Virus record (IMG/VR): IMGVR_UViG_3300020213_000001
From: a virus
DNA length: 64,000 nucleotides
Strand: one strand, 5' to 3'
The position numbers and the translations under genes are program-made. Positions 1 through 9,867 of this stretch are shown here, one piece after another. Position 1 is the first letter of the stretch, and each line of letters begins with the position of its first letter. The notes below the pieces were generated by a model, which saw only the letters and a list, made by a program, of their open reading frames with translations, was not told where the DNA came from and searched no databases.

Positions 1-477
1 AGCATAGACGGCATAGGAGGCAGAACGGGCGGCATAGTGGAAGGCATAATTGGCTGCATAGTTGACAGCATAGAGGGCATAATAGGCAGTATAGAGGGCA
101 TAGTGGACAGCACTGGCGACATAGTTGACTCCGCTAATATCTTCATGTTTTTTTATTTCCCACTTTTCAGTATCAGTTAAGTTATTGAAATCCTTAATAG
201 ACTTAAGGAAATTGATACATTTGCTAAGACGTTTATTGCCTGGATAATTAGCCTCAAAAATATACATAACACTTTCGGCACAGAGAATAGCCCAGCTAAC
301 AGCTTGATTTTTAGTTAAAACCTTTTCTGCAATCAAAACTTTATCTTCATAACTAATAGTACCTAGGTCCAGGAATTCAATAAAATTACCATCAAAATCA
401 GAGTGGTGTTCTAGAAAATGCTTATATCTATCATCACAAGGATTTAGGCTTTTCAAGAATTCTTTATTGATTTGCAT
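1..477 (-). CDS. Ala/Tyr-rich repeat protein, paralog of 490..1161 (3' end outside the window)
   Basis: Not in the ORF track. Manual translation from ATG at 477 gives MQINKEFLKSLNPCDDRYKHFLEHHSDFDGNF..., collinear with 490..1161, then VNYVASAVHYALYTAYYALYAVNYAANY... Confidence 0.85.
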   Translation of the reverse strand, partial: MQINKEFLKSLNPCDDRYKHFLEHHSDFDGNFIEFLDLGTISYEDKVLIAEKVLTKNQAVSWAILCAESVMYIFEANYPGNKRLSKCINFLKSIKDFNNLTDTEKWEIKKHEDISGVNYVASAVHYALYTAYYALYAVNYAANYAFHYAARSASYAVYA

Positions 478-489
478 ATGGAGTCCTTT

Positions 490-1161
490 TCAAACACTAG
501 TTACTTGTTTAAGAAACTGAAGGTTAAGAGCTTGTTGGCTATACTTGGCAGCATAATTAATAGAATCCCGATCATCGTAGGTGGCAGCATAGTTGGTAGC
601 AGAGGTGGCAGCATAGTTGGTAGCAGAGGTGGCAGCAGAGGTGGCATAGCGTGCTTCACGAGCGGCAGCACCGGCAGCATAGATGGCAGCTTGGACAGCA
701 TTGGCGGCACCAGAGGCGGCATAGGCGGCACAGCGGACAGCATAGGCAGCATTGGCGGCGGCATAGGTGGCATTGGTGGCATAGACGGTGGCATTGGCAG
801 AAAAGAAAGCAGCATTGGCGGCCATTCCATGCTTCTTAATCTCTAATGCCTGGGCATTTGTCAAGTTATTAAAATCATTAATAGATTTAAGGTAGCTGAT
901 GCAATCACTAAGACGTTTATCGTCAGGACGCTTATCTTCAAAAATATGCACAACACTGTCAACACAAAGAACTGACCATTTAACTAGTTGATTCTTGGTT
1001 AAAACTCTCACAGCAACCCAGATTTTATCTTCATAGTCAAGATTAGGTAAGTCCATGAATTCGCTAAAGCTTCCGTTAAACTCACCGTGGTGTTTTAGAA
1101 AATGCTTATATCTATCAGTGCAAGGGTTAAGGCTTTTGAGTAATTCTTTATTGATTTGCAT
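490..1161 (-). CDS. Ala/Tyr-rich repeat protein (possibly Imm5-like helical family)
   Basis: N-terminal W..LC...V.HIFE...P.DKR region followed by AAYAA/ATNYAA repeats; family label is from memory. Confidence 0.7.
   Translation of the reverse strand: MQINKELLKSLNPCTDRYKHFLKHHGEFNGSFSEFMDLPNLDYEDKIWVAVRVLTKNQLVKWSVLCVDSVVHIFEDKRPDDKRLSDCISYLKSINDFNNLTNAQALEIKKHGMAANAAFFSANATVYATNATYAAANAAYAVRCAAYAASGAANAVQAAIYAAGAAAREARYATSAATSATNYAATSATNYAATYDDRDSINYAAKYSQQALNLQFLKQVTSV
580..637. repeat. 24-bp tandem repeat (GGTGGCAGCATAGTTGGTAGCAGA x2.4) encoding SATNYAAT
   Basis: Directly visible. Confidence 0.9.
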
Positions 1162-1170
1162 AAAAGCTTC

Positions 1171-1677
1171 CTAATACTTATTACTATTTATACCACTTCT
1201 AATAACTATATCAATTTCCTTGCGACAATAGCGAGTTACGTTTTCAAAAACCCTTATTTTTCCATCCATGAAGCTTTCTAGAGCAGTTAACATGTCAATT
1301 CTGTCTTGAGCAGATACATAGTTAATCTGACGCTGCAAAAAAGCCTCTCGAACGTGAGTGCTGTCTTTCATCTTACTTTCTTTCAAAAACAAGGGATATA
1401 GATCAAGAATAGTCTCTGACTTGGCTTCCAATAGGGCTTTTTTGGCTTTGGTTATCTCATACCCTATAAGACTCAGATGCTTCCTAGCTTGTCTATATCC
1501 CTCGTTAAATGTGTATTCAAGTTCAGAATAGGTCGCAGGGTTTACTACCTTTGCCTCAATCAATCTGTGTTCAGCCTCTCTAATAGAGCTGATATCAAGA
1601 CGTACTTCTGGCGTATTACCGAACGCTGGAATGGTTAGCTCTGCACGTTCGGTGTAATTAGAAGGTAGTGTTTGCAT
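1171..1677 (-). CDS. helical protein, possible UvsY-like recombination mediator
   Basis: Helical/coiled-coil, 168 aa, directly downstream of the SSB; inferred from size and context. Confidence 0.4.
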   Translation of the reverse strand: MQTLPSNYTERAELTIPAFGNTPEVRLDISSIREAEHRLIEAKVVNPATYSELEYTFNEGYRQARKHLSLIGYEITKAKKALLEAKSETILDLYPLFLKESKMKDSTHVREAFLQRQINYVSAQDRIDMLTALESFMDGKIRVFENVTRYCRKEIDIVIRSGINSNKY

Positions 1678-2756
1678 TATCCCTCAAGAGATTTCAAGAA
1701 ATCTTCATCACTCAAGCTATTAAGATCTTCCGCTGCCGGTGGAGCATCTTTCTTGGGAGTGTTTAGGACTTCTATTTTAGCCTTAGTGGCAGCTTTAGCT
1801 TCTAGGGCAGCTTTAGCTTCTAGGGCAGCCTTAGCTTCTAGGGCAGCTTTAGCCTTGCTTTCTGCGAGTGCCTGAGCCGCCTTGACGTAAGTATCTTCAG
1901 AATGATTAGACTGTTCTTCATCATCACCATTGTCTGAAGGTGTAGATCCATCTGAGTCTCCTAGGATTCGCTCCAAAACAATCGCGCCTTCCTGTTCGCT
2001 ACGCTCGTAAGCAGCTACCATTTCAGCCACTTGTTCAGGATTGGGCATAGGATACATAGTGCTAAGCTCATAGGCCTCATCTGCTAGACGAGATAGAATG
2101 GCGGGAGTAAGAATGTGAGGCTCTGATTTTTCAACAATGCCGTATTCTGCTGTTTTTACCTTTGTTTTAGATTCTGTTACTTGGTAAGCAGTGTCCCTGT
2201 CCATTCCAGAACGGTTGAAGTTAATAAAGCGTCCGTCTTCAACCGAAAGCGGGTCTACACCCTCTCCCTGAAGTTGTTTAACCAGTGCTTTAAATGCATT
2301 CATTGCACGAGAGCCAAGCTTTAGAAGACCGATCTTACCGGAGGAATCCATGCCATTTGCATGGTGTTTGCTATCAACGTTGAAACGCTTAGTAGACTCT
2401 TCTAGATCTTTCAATTGCTTTTTAAGAGACTCAGGGATGGGCGCTTTAGCTTCAAATAGCTGCCTGGCTTGTTTTTTAGCCTCATCTTTCTGAATCTTAA
2501 GACCTTCGGCTCGGTTATAGGCCGCACAGTCCCTTTCTACCATTTTACTCCTGAAGTTAACGTCACGAGGTGAAACGAAAGGGCGCTGCCTGCCTTTTGT
2601 GTCCTTATAACCCCATACAACGCGATAGTAGACACTCCAATAACCCTTGTCTGCTAGTTTACCCATAGGAGGTAGGACTCGGAATAGGTTATCCCCGTCT
2701 TTAAATTTAAACACTTCTTTTTTGTCACCTGAATACCTTGCTTTGCCGACTTTCAT
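1677..2756 (-). CDS. gp32-like single-stranded DNA-binding protein
   Basis: FKFKDGDNLFRVLPP, DPLSVEDGRFINFNRSG..DTAYQV, acidic C-terminus (SDEDFLKSLEG). Confidence 0.7.
   Translation of the reverse strand: MKVGKARYSGDKKEVFKFKDGDNLFRVLPPMGKLADKGYWSVYYRVVWGYKDTKGRQRPFVSPRDVNFRSKMVERDCAAYNRAEGLKIQKDEAKKQARQLFEAKAPIPESLKKQLKDLEESTKRFNVDSKHHANGMDSSGKIGLLKLGSRAMNAFKALVKQLQGEGVDPLSVEDGRFINFNRSGMDRDTAYQVTESKTKVKTAEYGIVEKSEPHILTPAILSRLADEAYELSTMYPMPNPEQVAEMVAAYERSEQEGAIVLERILGDSDGSTPSDNGDDEEQSNHSEDTYVKAAQALAESKAKAALEAKAALEAKAALEAKAATKAKIEVLNTPKKDAPPAAEDLNSLSDEDFLKSLEG
1789..1852. repeat. 18-bp tandem repeat (EAKAAL x3) in the SSB linker
   Basis: GCAGCTTTAGCTTCTAGG repeated. Confidence 0.9.
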
Positions 2757-2788
2757 GGATTATCCTTTATTTTAGACCGTTATTGGGC

Positions 2789-3511
2789 TCAAATCTCAGA
2801 CTTAATTTTCAAAAATACTTTTTCTACAGATCCAGCAGTAGACACCTTAGTAGTATTCACCAAAAACACACGCTTTGTCAAGTTTTTTAGTGAATTTTCT
2901 AGATCAACTGAAAAATCTTTATTTTTTGTATAAAGAACTATTGCAACCGTATCGGTGTCAACCCCCTGCTCAAGACCTAGCTTGGCTACTTCGCTTACTG
3001 CGTAAATACCTGCAATCTCTGCTCCTACTTTTTCATTATATGCCTGCATTAGCAGGGATACAAGATCTTCCTTGTTATTCAACCTGCGAGAATATTTGCT
3101 TTCATAGTAAACAGAAGGTGCGGACTCTACTCCGATATCAGAGCAAACCTCAGCAAAGTTCCCCATAACAGTGTCAAAAAGCGCAGGTGAAGACTGGACG
3201 CCATTGTAATAACGACCGTCTACATCGTTTGCGATAGCTTCATAGAATAATTCCGCCCTTACATTGAAGCAACCAAATTTGGTGGCTAGGTCTGCAAACT
3301 GTTCTGCTTGAGGGCCCCTAGTAACAATAAAAACAGCTTGCTTGAGAAGAGATTTCTTATATTCAGATTCTAGCTCTTTAAGGTTTTCCTTAGCCCTGCG
3401 AATCTGATCTTGTCGAGAACGCCTAACACTAGGAAGCATTTCTGCTGTGATTTTAAAATCAGCGATTTCTCTTTCTTTTTTAATCTTCTCAACAATTTCT
3501 TTGATTTTCAT
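2789..3511 (-). CDS. hypothetical protein
   Basis: 240-aa ORF in a tightly packed operon. Confidence 0.7.
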   Translation of the reverse strand: MKIKEIVEKIKKEREIADFKITAEMLPSVRRSRQDQIRRAKENLKELESEYKKSLLKQAVFIVTRGPQAEQFADLATKFGCFNVRAELFYEAIANDVDGRYYNGVQSSPALFDTVMGNFAEVCSDIGVESAPSVYYESKYSRRLNNKEDLVSLLMQAYNEKVGAEIAGIYAVSEVAKLGLEQGVDTDTVAIVLYTKNKDFSVDLENSLKNLTKRVFLVNTTKVSTAGSVEKVFLKIKSEI

Positions 3512-3780
3512 AATTCCCCAATTTTGAAATATTTCCTTACCTTATACTCAGTATTAAAATAAACCTTAGCTGTTTTTAAATCAGAAACTCCGTCAAAAGT
3601 ATTTGGAAAGATTTTATGAGTAGAAAACTTCCCACCCATGTACCTTACATGTAAATACAGAACAGTGTTATCAAGACTAGCAGACTCAATCAAGGTCAGA
3701 CGCTCGTTTACTGTTTTTTCTCTTACAATTTTAGTTTGACTAAAAAAATCAATCATATTTGTCCTATTTGATATTACCAC
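3508..3780 (-). CDS. hypothetical protein
   Basis: Overlaps both neighbours; true start may be the internal MIDFFS. Confidence 0.55.
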   Translation of the reverse strand: MVISNRTNMIDFFSQTKIVREKTVNERLTLIESASLDNTVLYLHVRYMGGKFSTHKIFPNTFDGVSDLKTAKVYFNTEYKVRKYFKIGEL

Positions 3781-4468
3781 GTTTTAATATTTCTGCCATT
3801 ATCTGCGCAGTGGCTTGACTACTCCCTGAAAGCGCCCTTACACCTGGAATTTCAGGATCAACTAGGAGTCCAGATGCTTTATCTGTAACGATAGATCCGT
3901 AGTTAGATCCAAGATAAGCTCTAACTACATGGAAGTTTTCGCCAGGATATTCCTTTTTATAGCAAGCTGGATAGTAACCGCCATGTGTGTCTAGGTTTAT
4001 TCCGTCGTTTCCAGAGGCTACGGTTAGTGTCATGCCTTTTTTCAAAAACCCAAATAGATAAGATTTTTCCCTAGATTCGTAGGCATTTCCGCCTAGACTT
4101 AGGTTTAAATACTTTATTTGGGGATCTGAGTCAATATACTCCAGTGCCTTGTAATACGAGTTGGTATTTTCTATGATCGAGTCTTCGTTTTTGTAAAACT
4201 TAATGCTCACAATGCAGTGAGTTTTAGGGTTAATACCCTTAGATATAATCCCAACAATGTTAGAGCCGTGACCGTGGTTATCTTCTGTTTGTCCTAGTGT
4301 GTAGTTGATAACACCGTTCCTGCACATGTAGGGGCTTTTGTCTATGCTTTTAATCACACCCGTATCAATAACGGCTACTTTGATACGGGTTTCAAGACTT
4401 TCGCTTGTTGCCACCGTTTCGCAGCAGATAAGAAGAAGTGTAGAAAGTATGTATTTTAGACTGTTCAT
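3764..4468 (-). CDS. minimal subtilisin-like (S8) serine protease with signal peptide
   Basis: VAVIDTG (Asp), HGHGSNI (His), VASGN (oxyanion Asn), SGSSQATA (Ser); hydrophobic N-terminus. Confidence 0.85.
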   Translation of the reverse strand: MNSLKYILSTLLLICCETVATSESLETRIKVAVIDTGVIKSIDKSPYMCRNGVINYTLGQTEDNHGHGSNIVGIISKGINPKTHCIVSIKFYKNEDSIIENTNSYYKALEYIDSDPQIKYLNLSLGGNAYESREKSYLFGFLKKGMTLTVASGNDGINLDTHGGYYPACYKKEYPGENFHVVRAYLGSNYGSIVTDKASGLLVDPEIPGVRALSGSSQATAQIMAEILKRGNIK

Positions 4469-4474
4469 TTATAC

Positions 4475-4503
4475 AGTGTACAGTATACTTTACGCATTGT
4501 CAA
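4475..4503 (-). promoter_or_regulatory. sigma70-type promoter TTGACA-N17-TACACT for the S8 protease
   Basis: Near-consensus -35/-10 with 17-bp spacer; ATG 6 nt downstream. Confidence 0.7.
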
Positions 4504-4511
4504 CAAGTTAT

Positions 4512-7500
4512 TTAACACTCTACGTGAATTTCTGTAATGTTGGTATAACACTGTCCCTTGCCGTTTTTCTTGCGTTTATAGAAAAAGTATGCTATAGAGC
4601 CTTTTTTCAATGACTTAGGATACCTCAACTCTCCACTATCGTAATCAGGCCATAGTACTTTTTCAGACACATAGCCTGAGCTATCTATAATGATTTTAAG
4701 GGCTTTTTTGCTTCCATTAGAGTATTCAAACTCTTTACAATCAATAACATATCCAGCACATGCGGCGTATATTTCTTCTTCAGGCTCCATTAAATCAATT
4801 CTTTGAAGGTGTTCCCCGGTCACTAGAGGAAGCTCCCTAGCCCATTTGTTCATAACCCTACAGAAAGGCTTTCCTGGAAGCAGTTTTAGCTCTGAATCTT
4901 CCAACATAACCTTATGTAGGTCTAGATTCATAGTCGGAAATACAGCTTTTTTCATTAAGAAGTCTTTCTTAGGGGTAAGCATTACATATTCCGAATCAAC
5001 ATTACCCTTGGATGGCCCCTTGTCTTTTAGTTTCTGAATAGCTTTTTCTGATTTAACGTATTTTGCCCTGTCTGTCTCTATGCTTAGATTGTAAATGGCA
5101 TCTTTAACTTTTTCCTCATATTTAACAATCTCTACAAAGTCTTCATAAATTTGAAGTTTCTGTAACAATGTAGAGTCAGCCGGAAACAGAGAGTTAAGAA
5201 CACCTACGTGAATAAGTTTACAAGTAAGTCCTGGACCAGCTACTTTCTTAGATACAAAATCTTTAATGTCAACATACGGCCTTCCAGAAACAATCTTTTC
5301 GGCTGCCTTACCACCAACACCAGAAATCATGGAAAGTTTTGATCGAAGCTTACCTAAATTATAGTCAATTGATATCTCTTCAGTAGAAACGTTGATATCG
5401 GGAGGAAGAACTAGGTCTTTGACGTGTTTATAGTGGCTTTCCTTGATCTCCTTGTCTGTAGAGTTAGAAAGTACAGCCGCCCACCACTCAAGTGGGTAGT
5501 GATACTTAAGAAACGCACATGCGTAGGAAACAGTAGCATAGGCGGTAGCATGGCTAGCGTTAAATCCGTAAGAAGCAAACTTAATCATCATTTGCCATAT
5601 CTTTTCTGCGGTTTGAGCGTCAACGGTTTGACATGAACCTTCAATAAATTTAGGCTTTAAGCTGTCTAGTAGTTTAAACTTCTTCTTACCCATGGCAACA
5701 CGAACGTCTTCAGAATCTGCGACACTCATCTTACCCAACTCAGTAGCAATTTTTGAAACCTGCTCCTGGAAGCAGAGTACAGAGTAAGTTTCTGGAATTA
5801 GAGAGTTTAATATGGGAATATCGGTCTTTGAATGCCCGTTTTTACGTTCAATATATTCCTGCACCATGTTATTACCTGTAATTTCATCAATGAAACCTAG
5901 CGGTCCTGGACGAACCAGTGACGTTGTAACTGCGCAATCTACTATTGATGTGGGTTTAATCCGCATCAAGAAGGGAGTAACCGTTGAAGTGTTAAGCTGG
6001 AACACTGTCTCTGTTTTTCCATCGGATAGCATCTTGAATACTTTTTGATCTTCAGGCAAATCGTAAATATAAGTCTCTTTACCTTCGTGAATGAAATAGC
6101 CGGTTTTAAGCTTAATTCCATTTCTTTTATTGACACTTTCCATGCACATACGAATATCTTTAAGACACAACACAACTAGAAGGTCTAGCTTAACCAGTCC
6201 TGCATACTCGCAATCTTTAGCATCTGGCTGGGTTATGCGTTTAACTCCACCGACTTCAAAAACTGGTACGGTTTCCTCTATATCCACATCAGAAATAATA
6301 TACGCAGATGCGTGACGTGACATTTGTCTAGATAGAGATAGGGATTTTTTTACAATTTCCCACTCTTTTGGGCGAGTCTCTGTGTAATTCCTAAGATCTT
6401 TATTTATCTCCAAAAGGCCCCGTATGTGTTCACCATCGCTATTTTCATAACCAAACACCGAGTCATAGTCTGTTATCCCAGGAGGAGTATCTGGAAGGGT
6501 TTTAGACAGAGCCTGTATTTCCTGTTCTAGTGTTCCGTTGTTTACAAAACGATTTGCGTCAAGAATGGCAGATTTAATGCGAAGCAAGGTACGAGTAGAG
6601 CATTGGGCTACTTTATTGCCGTATTTTTCCTTTAAATACCCACCGTTACCATCTTTGCCAACCAGAGGCTCCCTGTCTTCAAAATCGGAATCAATATCCA
6701 TCCACGATCCCTGGCGAATACGGTCAATAGTGGCAAACCTGGCAGAGCTAAGCTTATATTTAATAGGGTCAATCTGTGTAATACCCATCAAATAAGCGAT
6801 CAGGAAACCACCAACAGAGCCGCGCCCTGGACCTACTAGATATCCATTGTCTTCATAGAATTTAAAGATATCAATCAAAGGTATGAAGTACGGGATGAGG
6901 TTTTTTACCCCATTGTTTTCTAGCAAATCCATTTCTTCATTAAACTGCTTTACATAAATAGGATTGTTCCAGTCCAGACGCCCCTGAGCTGCAATAGCGT
7001 CCATCATTTGTTTTTTGGGGTTTTCTCCTACATCCGGTAGTCTGTATTCATATTTTAGATTAAAGTCTTTAAACTTATCAGCCCAGTCGTGACTGTTTTT
7101 AACCATTTTAGTAATAAAAGAGTCTTCTAGACCAATTTTAGTGGTTAGGTATTCCCTAACATCGCTGGTACGGCGCATGAATTGACTCTTAATAACCCGT
7201 CTTTCCTCACCTAGGCGCATGTCCTGTACAACTTTATCGTCTCTGTCTGCGTAGTAGCTATAGTTGTTAATCAAAAGCCTGTCTAAGTCCCCATACCGTT
7301 TTGCCAGAGCAAGTATGAACTTATTAGCCTTAAGCTGTATGTCACCCTCTGGAATATCAACAAAATCATTGACTAGCTTAGCAGATAGCACTTCTGAGAG
7401 GCTCTCCTTGACACCGTAGAGCACTTTGTTGATACTAACATGTGTCAGGTGGCACGGCTTACCAAACTGCTTTTTACGGTATACCTCGAAGGCCTTGGAA

Positions 7501-8156
7501 CGCTTTTCTCCCTCTATGCCAACCCTGTCGTTTATCGGGATATGAACGGTATGGCCGGGTAGTTCGATTTTAACTAGACTATTCCAGTAGCGGTCATGCT
7601 CAAATGGTAAGATCGATGGATAAAAGTTTGAAGAGTCAAACAAATCCCTAAGCTTTTCGTAGTATTTCATTCCCAGGTCAGGACGCCCCACTAGTAGATG
7701 TTTACTAACCATGCACTGAGTGTCAGAGGTGCAAACGGTAAAGGAGTGTTTAGATAGCTCTTCTAGATCAGCCCAATCAAACAAAGGGTAGGAACTGTCG
7801 TTAATTACTACGTTTTTGTCGAAATTAGAGCATTTCTTAACTAGAACCTGATAGGATGCCTGGTCTTTAGCGTGAACTACAATTTTAAAATATTTAATTT
7901 GCTGACTTTCTGTGTTTCTGATTATTTTACAGTTGTTATCCTTAAAATACAGCTCAACCCCTGGAATTAGCTTGATTCCCTTCTTTTGACAGATTTGATA
8001 AGCCTTTAGAATCGCTGTAAGATAACCGTGGTCTGTGACTGCGAAATACCCAAGCCCCATTTCCTTAGTCTTGCTAACCATCGTATCAATAGTTGATCCG
8101 GTTATGGGGCTTTCAGAGTGATTTACAGGGCTAATGTGGTTAGTAAGATGATCCAT
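4512..8156 (-). CDS. dnaE: DNA polymerase III alpha subunit (family C)
   Basis: PHP motifs (AVTDHG, LIPGVE), GPGRGSVGG, DIDSDF, RHASA, LVKLDLL, FASYGFNASHA; likely start ATG 8156 (track 8171). Confidence 0.95.
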   Translation of the reverse strand: MDHLTNHISPVNHSESPITGSTIDTMVSKTKEMGLGYFAVTDHGYLTAILKAYQICQKKGIKLIPGVELYFKDNNCKIIRNTESQQIKYFKIVVHAKDQASYQVLVKKCSNFDKNVVINDSSYPLFDWADLEELSKHSFTVCTSDTQCMVSKHLLVGRPDLGMKYYEKLRDLFDSSNFYPSILPFEHDRYWNSLVKIELPGHTVHIPINDRVGIEGEKRSKAFEVYRKKQFGKPCHLTHVSINKVLYGVKESLSEVLSAKLVNDFVDIPEGDIQLKANKFILALAKRYGDLDRLLINNYSYYADRDDKVVQDMRLGEERRVIKSQFMRRTSDVREYLTTKIGLEDSFITKMVKNSHDWADKFKDFNLKYEYRLPDVGENPKKQMMDAIAAQGRLDWNNPIYVKQFNEEMDLLENNGVKNLIPYFIPLIDIFKFYEDNGYLVGPGRGSVGGFLIAYLMGITQIDPIKYKLSSARFATIDRIRQGSWMDIDSDFEDREPLVGKDGNGGYLKEKYGNKVAQCSTRTLLRIKSAILDANRFVNNGTLEQEIQALSKTLPDTPPGITDYDSVFGYENSDGEHIRGLLEINKDLRNYTETRPKEWEIVKKSLSLSRQMSRHASAYIISDVDIEETVPVFEVGGVKRITQPDAKDCEYAGLVKLDLLVVLCLKDIRMCMESVNKRNGIKLKTGYFIHEGKETYIYDLPEDQKVFKMLSDGKTETVFQLNTSTVTPFLMRIKPTSIVDCAVTTSLVRPGPLGFIDEITGNNMVQEYIERKNGHSKTDIPILNSLIPETYSVLCFQEQVSKIATELGKMSVADSEDVRVAMGKKKFKLLDSLKPKFIEGSCQTVDAQTAEKIWQMMIKFASYGFNASHATAYATVSYACAFLKYHYPLEWWAAVLSNSTDKEIKESHYKHVKDLVLPPDINVSTEEISIDYNLGKLRSKLSMISGVGGKAAEKIVSGRPYVDIKDFVSKKVAGPGLTCKLIHVGVLNSLFPADSTLLQKLQIYEDFVEIVKYEEKVKDAIYNLSIETDRAKYVKSEKAIQKLKDKGPSKGNVDSEYVMLTPKKDFLMKKAVFPTMNLDLHKVMLEDSELKLLPGKPFCRVMNKWARELPLVTGEHLQRIDLMEPEEEIYAACAGYVIDCKEFEYSNGSKKALKIIIDSSGYVSEKVLWPDYDSGELRYPKSLKKGSIAYFFYKRKKNGKGQCYTNITEIHVEC

Positions 8157-8199
8157 AAAATATACTACCACAGATTAAAACGTATAAAAATAGAGCTAT

Positions 8200-8832
8200 C
8201 TATTCCATCTCTACAATGTTCAAAAGTTCATGGTTGGAAATCCCAAGGATGGAAGTCTTTTTGTCCTTCATCATTTTCTTCATAGCTTGATAAACACTAA
8301 CGGTCATTTTAACATCTTGTTGTGCGTTGTGGGCTTCACCCTTAGGTACGTTAAAGTGCTCTACAAGGCTAGTTAGATTACCGAGATCGTCAGGTAAGTA
8401 TCCGATATCCTGCAGGAAGGTTGTGATATATAGAGTGTCAATGGGGCGATAGTGTACAGTGCCTTCCCACTCTTCTTGAGACATTAGCTGAGCAAAGATA
8501 AACCTTAGATCGAAGGTTATATTTTGTCCGAACGGTCTGTAATGCTTGCGTTTTCCCTTAATTTTGTGCTTTTGAAGTAACGCCGCTAGCTTTTTGCTAC
8601 CCTCAGACATGGTAACTGTTTTAGGGTTTTTCAAATGGTCTGCAATATTTATACCAGTAACAGCCAGGGCTTGAGCCTCCGCAACGATATCACCGCTATC
8701 TGGTTTCAAATAAAGATCCAATGAGTCCAACAACTTCCAGTTTTCATCGTAGACTTCAAAATAAGCCGTAAGAATAGAGTGGGTTTTCTCATTGAGGCCA
8801 GATGTTTCTGTATCAAAAGCTAAGAATTTCAT
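8200..8832 (-). CDS. DnaQ-like DEDDh 3'-5' exonuclease
   Basis: FDTETSG, QNITFD, AHNAQQD; adjacent to dnaE. Confidence 0.9.
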   Translation of the reverse strand: MKFLAFDTETSGLNEKTHSILTAYFEVYDENWKLLDSLDLYLKPDSGDIVAEAQALAVTGINIADHLKNPKTVTMSEGSKKLAALLQKHKIKGKRKHYRPFGQNITFDLRFIFAQLMSQEEWEGTVHYRPIDTLYITTFLQDIGYLPDDLGNLTSLVEHFNVPKGEAHNAQQDVKMTVSVYQAMKKMMKDKKTSILGISNHELLNIVEME

Positions 8833-9044
8833 TAAATCTCCATTAACTCTCTGATTTTATTAACAGCACTTTCAAAAATTTCCCTGACTTCCTCTTCACT
8901 TAACAATAATACCTTCGCTATACGCGCATCGTCAACCCCGTCTGGGTTTTTTTCTATCAATTTTTTTAAACTATTGCCAAGACGTGGGCAATAGATGAAG
9001 TCTTCTTCGTTTGTAATTCTAAGTCTTATAGTATTAACGTCCAT
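8832..9044 (-). CDS. small sigma70-region-4-like HTH protein
   Basis: GVDDARIAKVLLLSEEEVREIFESAVNKIR resembles the region 4.2 pattern. Confidence 0.6.
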   Translation of the reverse strand: MDVNTIRLRITNEEDFIYCPRLGNSLKKLIEKNPDGVDDARIAKVLLLSEEEVREIFESAVNKIRELMEI

Positions 9045-9423
9045 TTCTTCCCTTGAAGGGTAAAACCCTCTCTTCTGCTACTTCTTCTATGTATATTGAT
9101 TCAAATTCATCTAATCTTTTTTCATATTGGTCTAATTTTATTTTCATTTCTTTCTTTAGGTTATCCCTAAAGTGTTCGTATTTTAAGATTTCACCGTCGG
9201 CTACACCTAGCTCTTCCATAGACCTTTTGTATTCTTTGATTACACTAATAGTAGAGCCGGATCTGTGTAGTTGAATGTTGTACTCCAAATCTCTCTTAAT
9301 TCTATTTAGATATATCAAATTACGGTCTATAATGCACAGGTCATCCTCCATTAGTTTGAGATTCATCTCAAGCCCTAACAGGATACCTCTTAATTTCCTT
9401 ATTTTATTTCTAAAAATGCTCAT
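9034..9423 (-). CDS. hypothetical coiled-coil protein
   Basis: Heptad-rich ORF overlapping its neighbours. Confidence 0.7.
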   Translation of the reverse strand: MSIFRNKIRKLRGILLGLEMNLKLMEDDLCIIDRNLIYLNRIKRDLEYNIQLHRSGSTISVIKEYKRSMEELGVADGEILKYEHFRDNLKKEMKIKLDQYEKRLDEFESIYIEEVAEERVLPFKGRNGR

Positions 9424-9790
9424 CTATTTTCTTTCTATGTCCACACTTACTATTCCCACAGGTATCAACTCTAAAGCCGTTGAATTTTAGCGTTTTAAAA
9501 TCGTCTCCACCACACTTAGGACATCTGTTCTTTGACTTCTTCAAGGGTCTTTCTTTGGCAGAAGTTTCCACCAATTCTTTTAGAGATCGATCCTCTACAA
9601 CTTCACTCAAGTAGTCTTTTGTCTTATCCCAAGCTGCCTCTAGTGTTGCTACTTCAGAGAGAAGATTCCTAATAGTTTTATCTTTCGCCCTTATTTGAGC
9701 CTTTAGGCTTTTTATTTCATCTTCAAGCTTAACGATTCTATCTTTATGGTTTTTTTTAGCCCAATCTCTTGGTTCCAAGTTTTTCTTCAT
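9410..9790 (-). CDS. coiled-coil protein with C-terminal Zn ribbon
   Basis: CPKC...CGNSKC; start probably ATG 9790, downstream of a promoter motif. Confidence 0.7.
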   Translation of the reverse strand: MKKNLEPRDWAKKNHKDRIVKLEDEIKSLKAQIRAKDKTIRNLLSEVATLEAAWDKTKDYLSEVVEDRSLKELVETSAKERPLKKSKNRCPKCGGDDFKTLKFNGFRVDTCGNSKCGHRKKIDEHF

Positions 9791-9867
9791 TTTTTTCCTA
9801 CAGTATATAATACCACGAAACAATTACGATTGTTTTATAAAAAGGAACTAAGAATTTAGGCTTGTTT

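Noticed and set aside
1-830. CRISPR array or complete DGR in the repeat region
   Set aside because: Repeats are in-frame, degenerate and lack spacers; no RT or adenine-only-variant template is visible in the window
472-846. Gly-rich (472..846), Pro/Met-rich (501..830) and His/Arg-rich (651..839) ORFs
   Set aside because: Shadow frames of the NNY-biased Ala repeat; the 490..1161 frame is supported by its paralog
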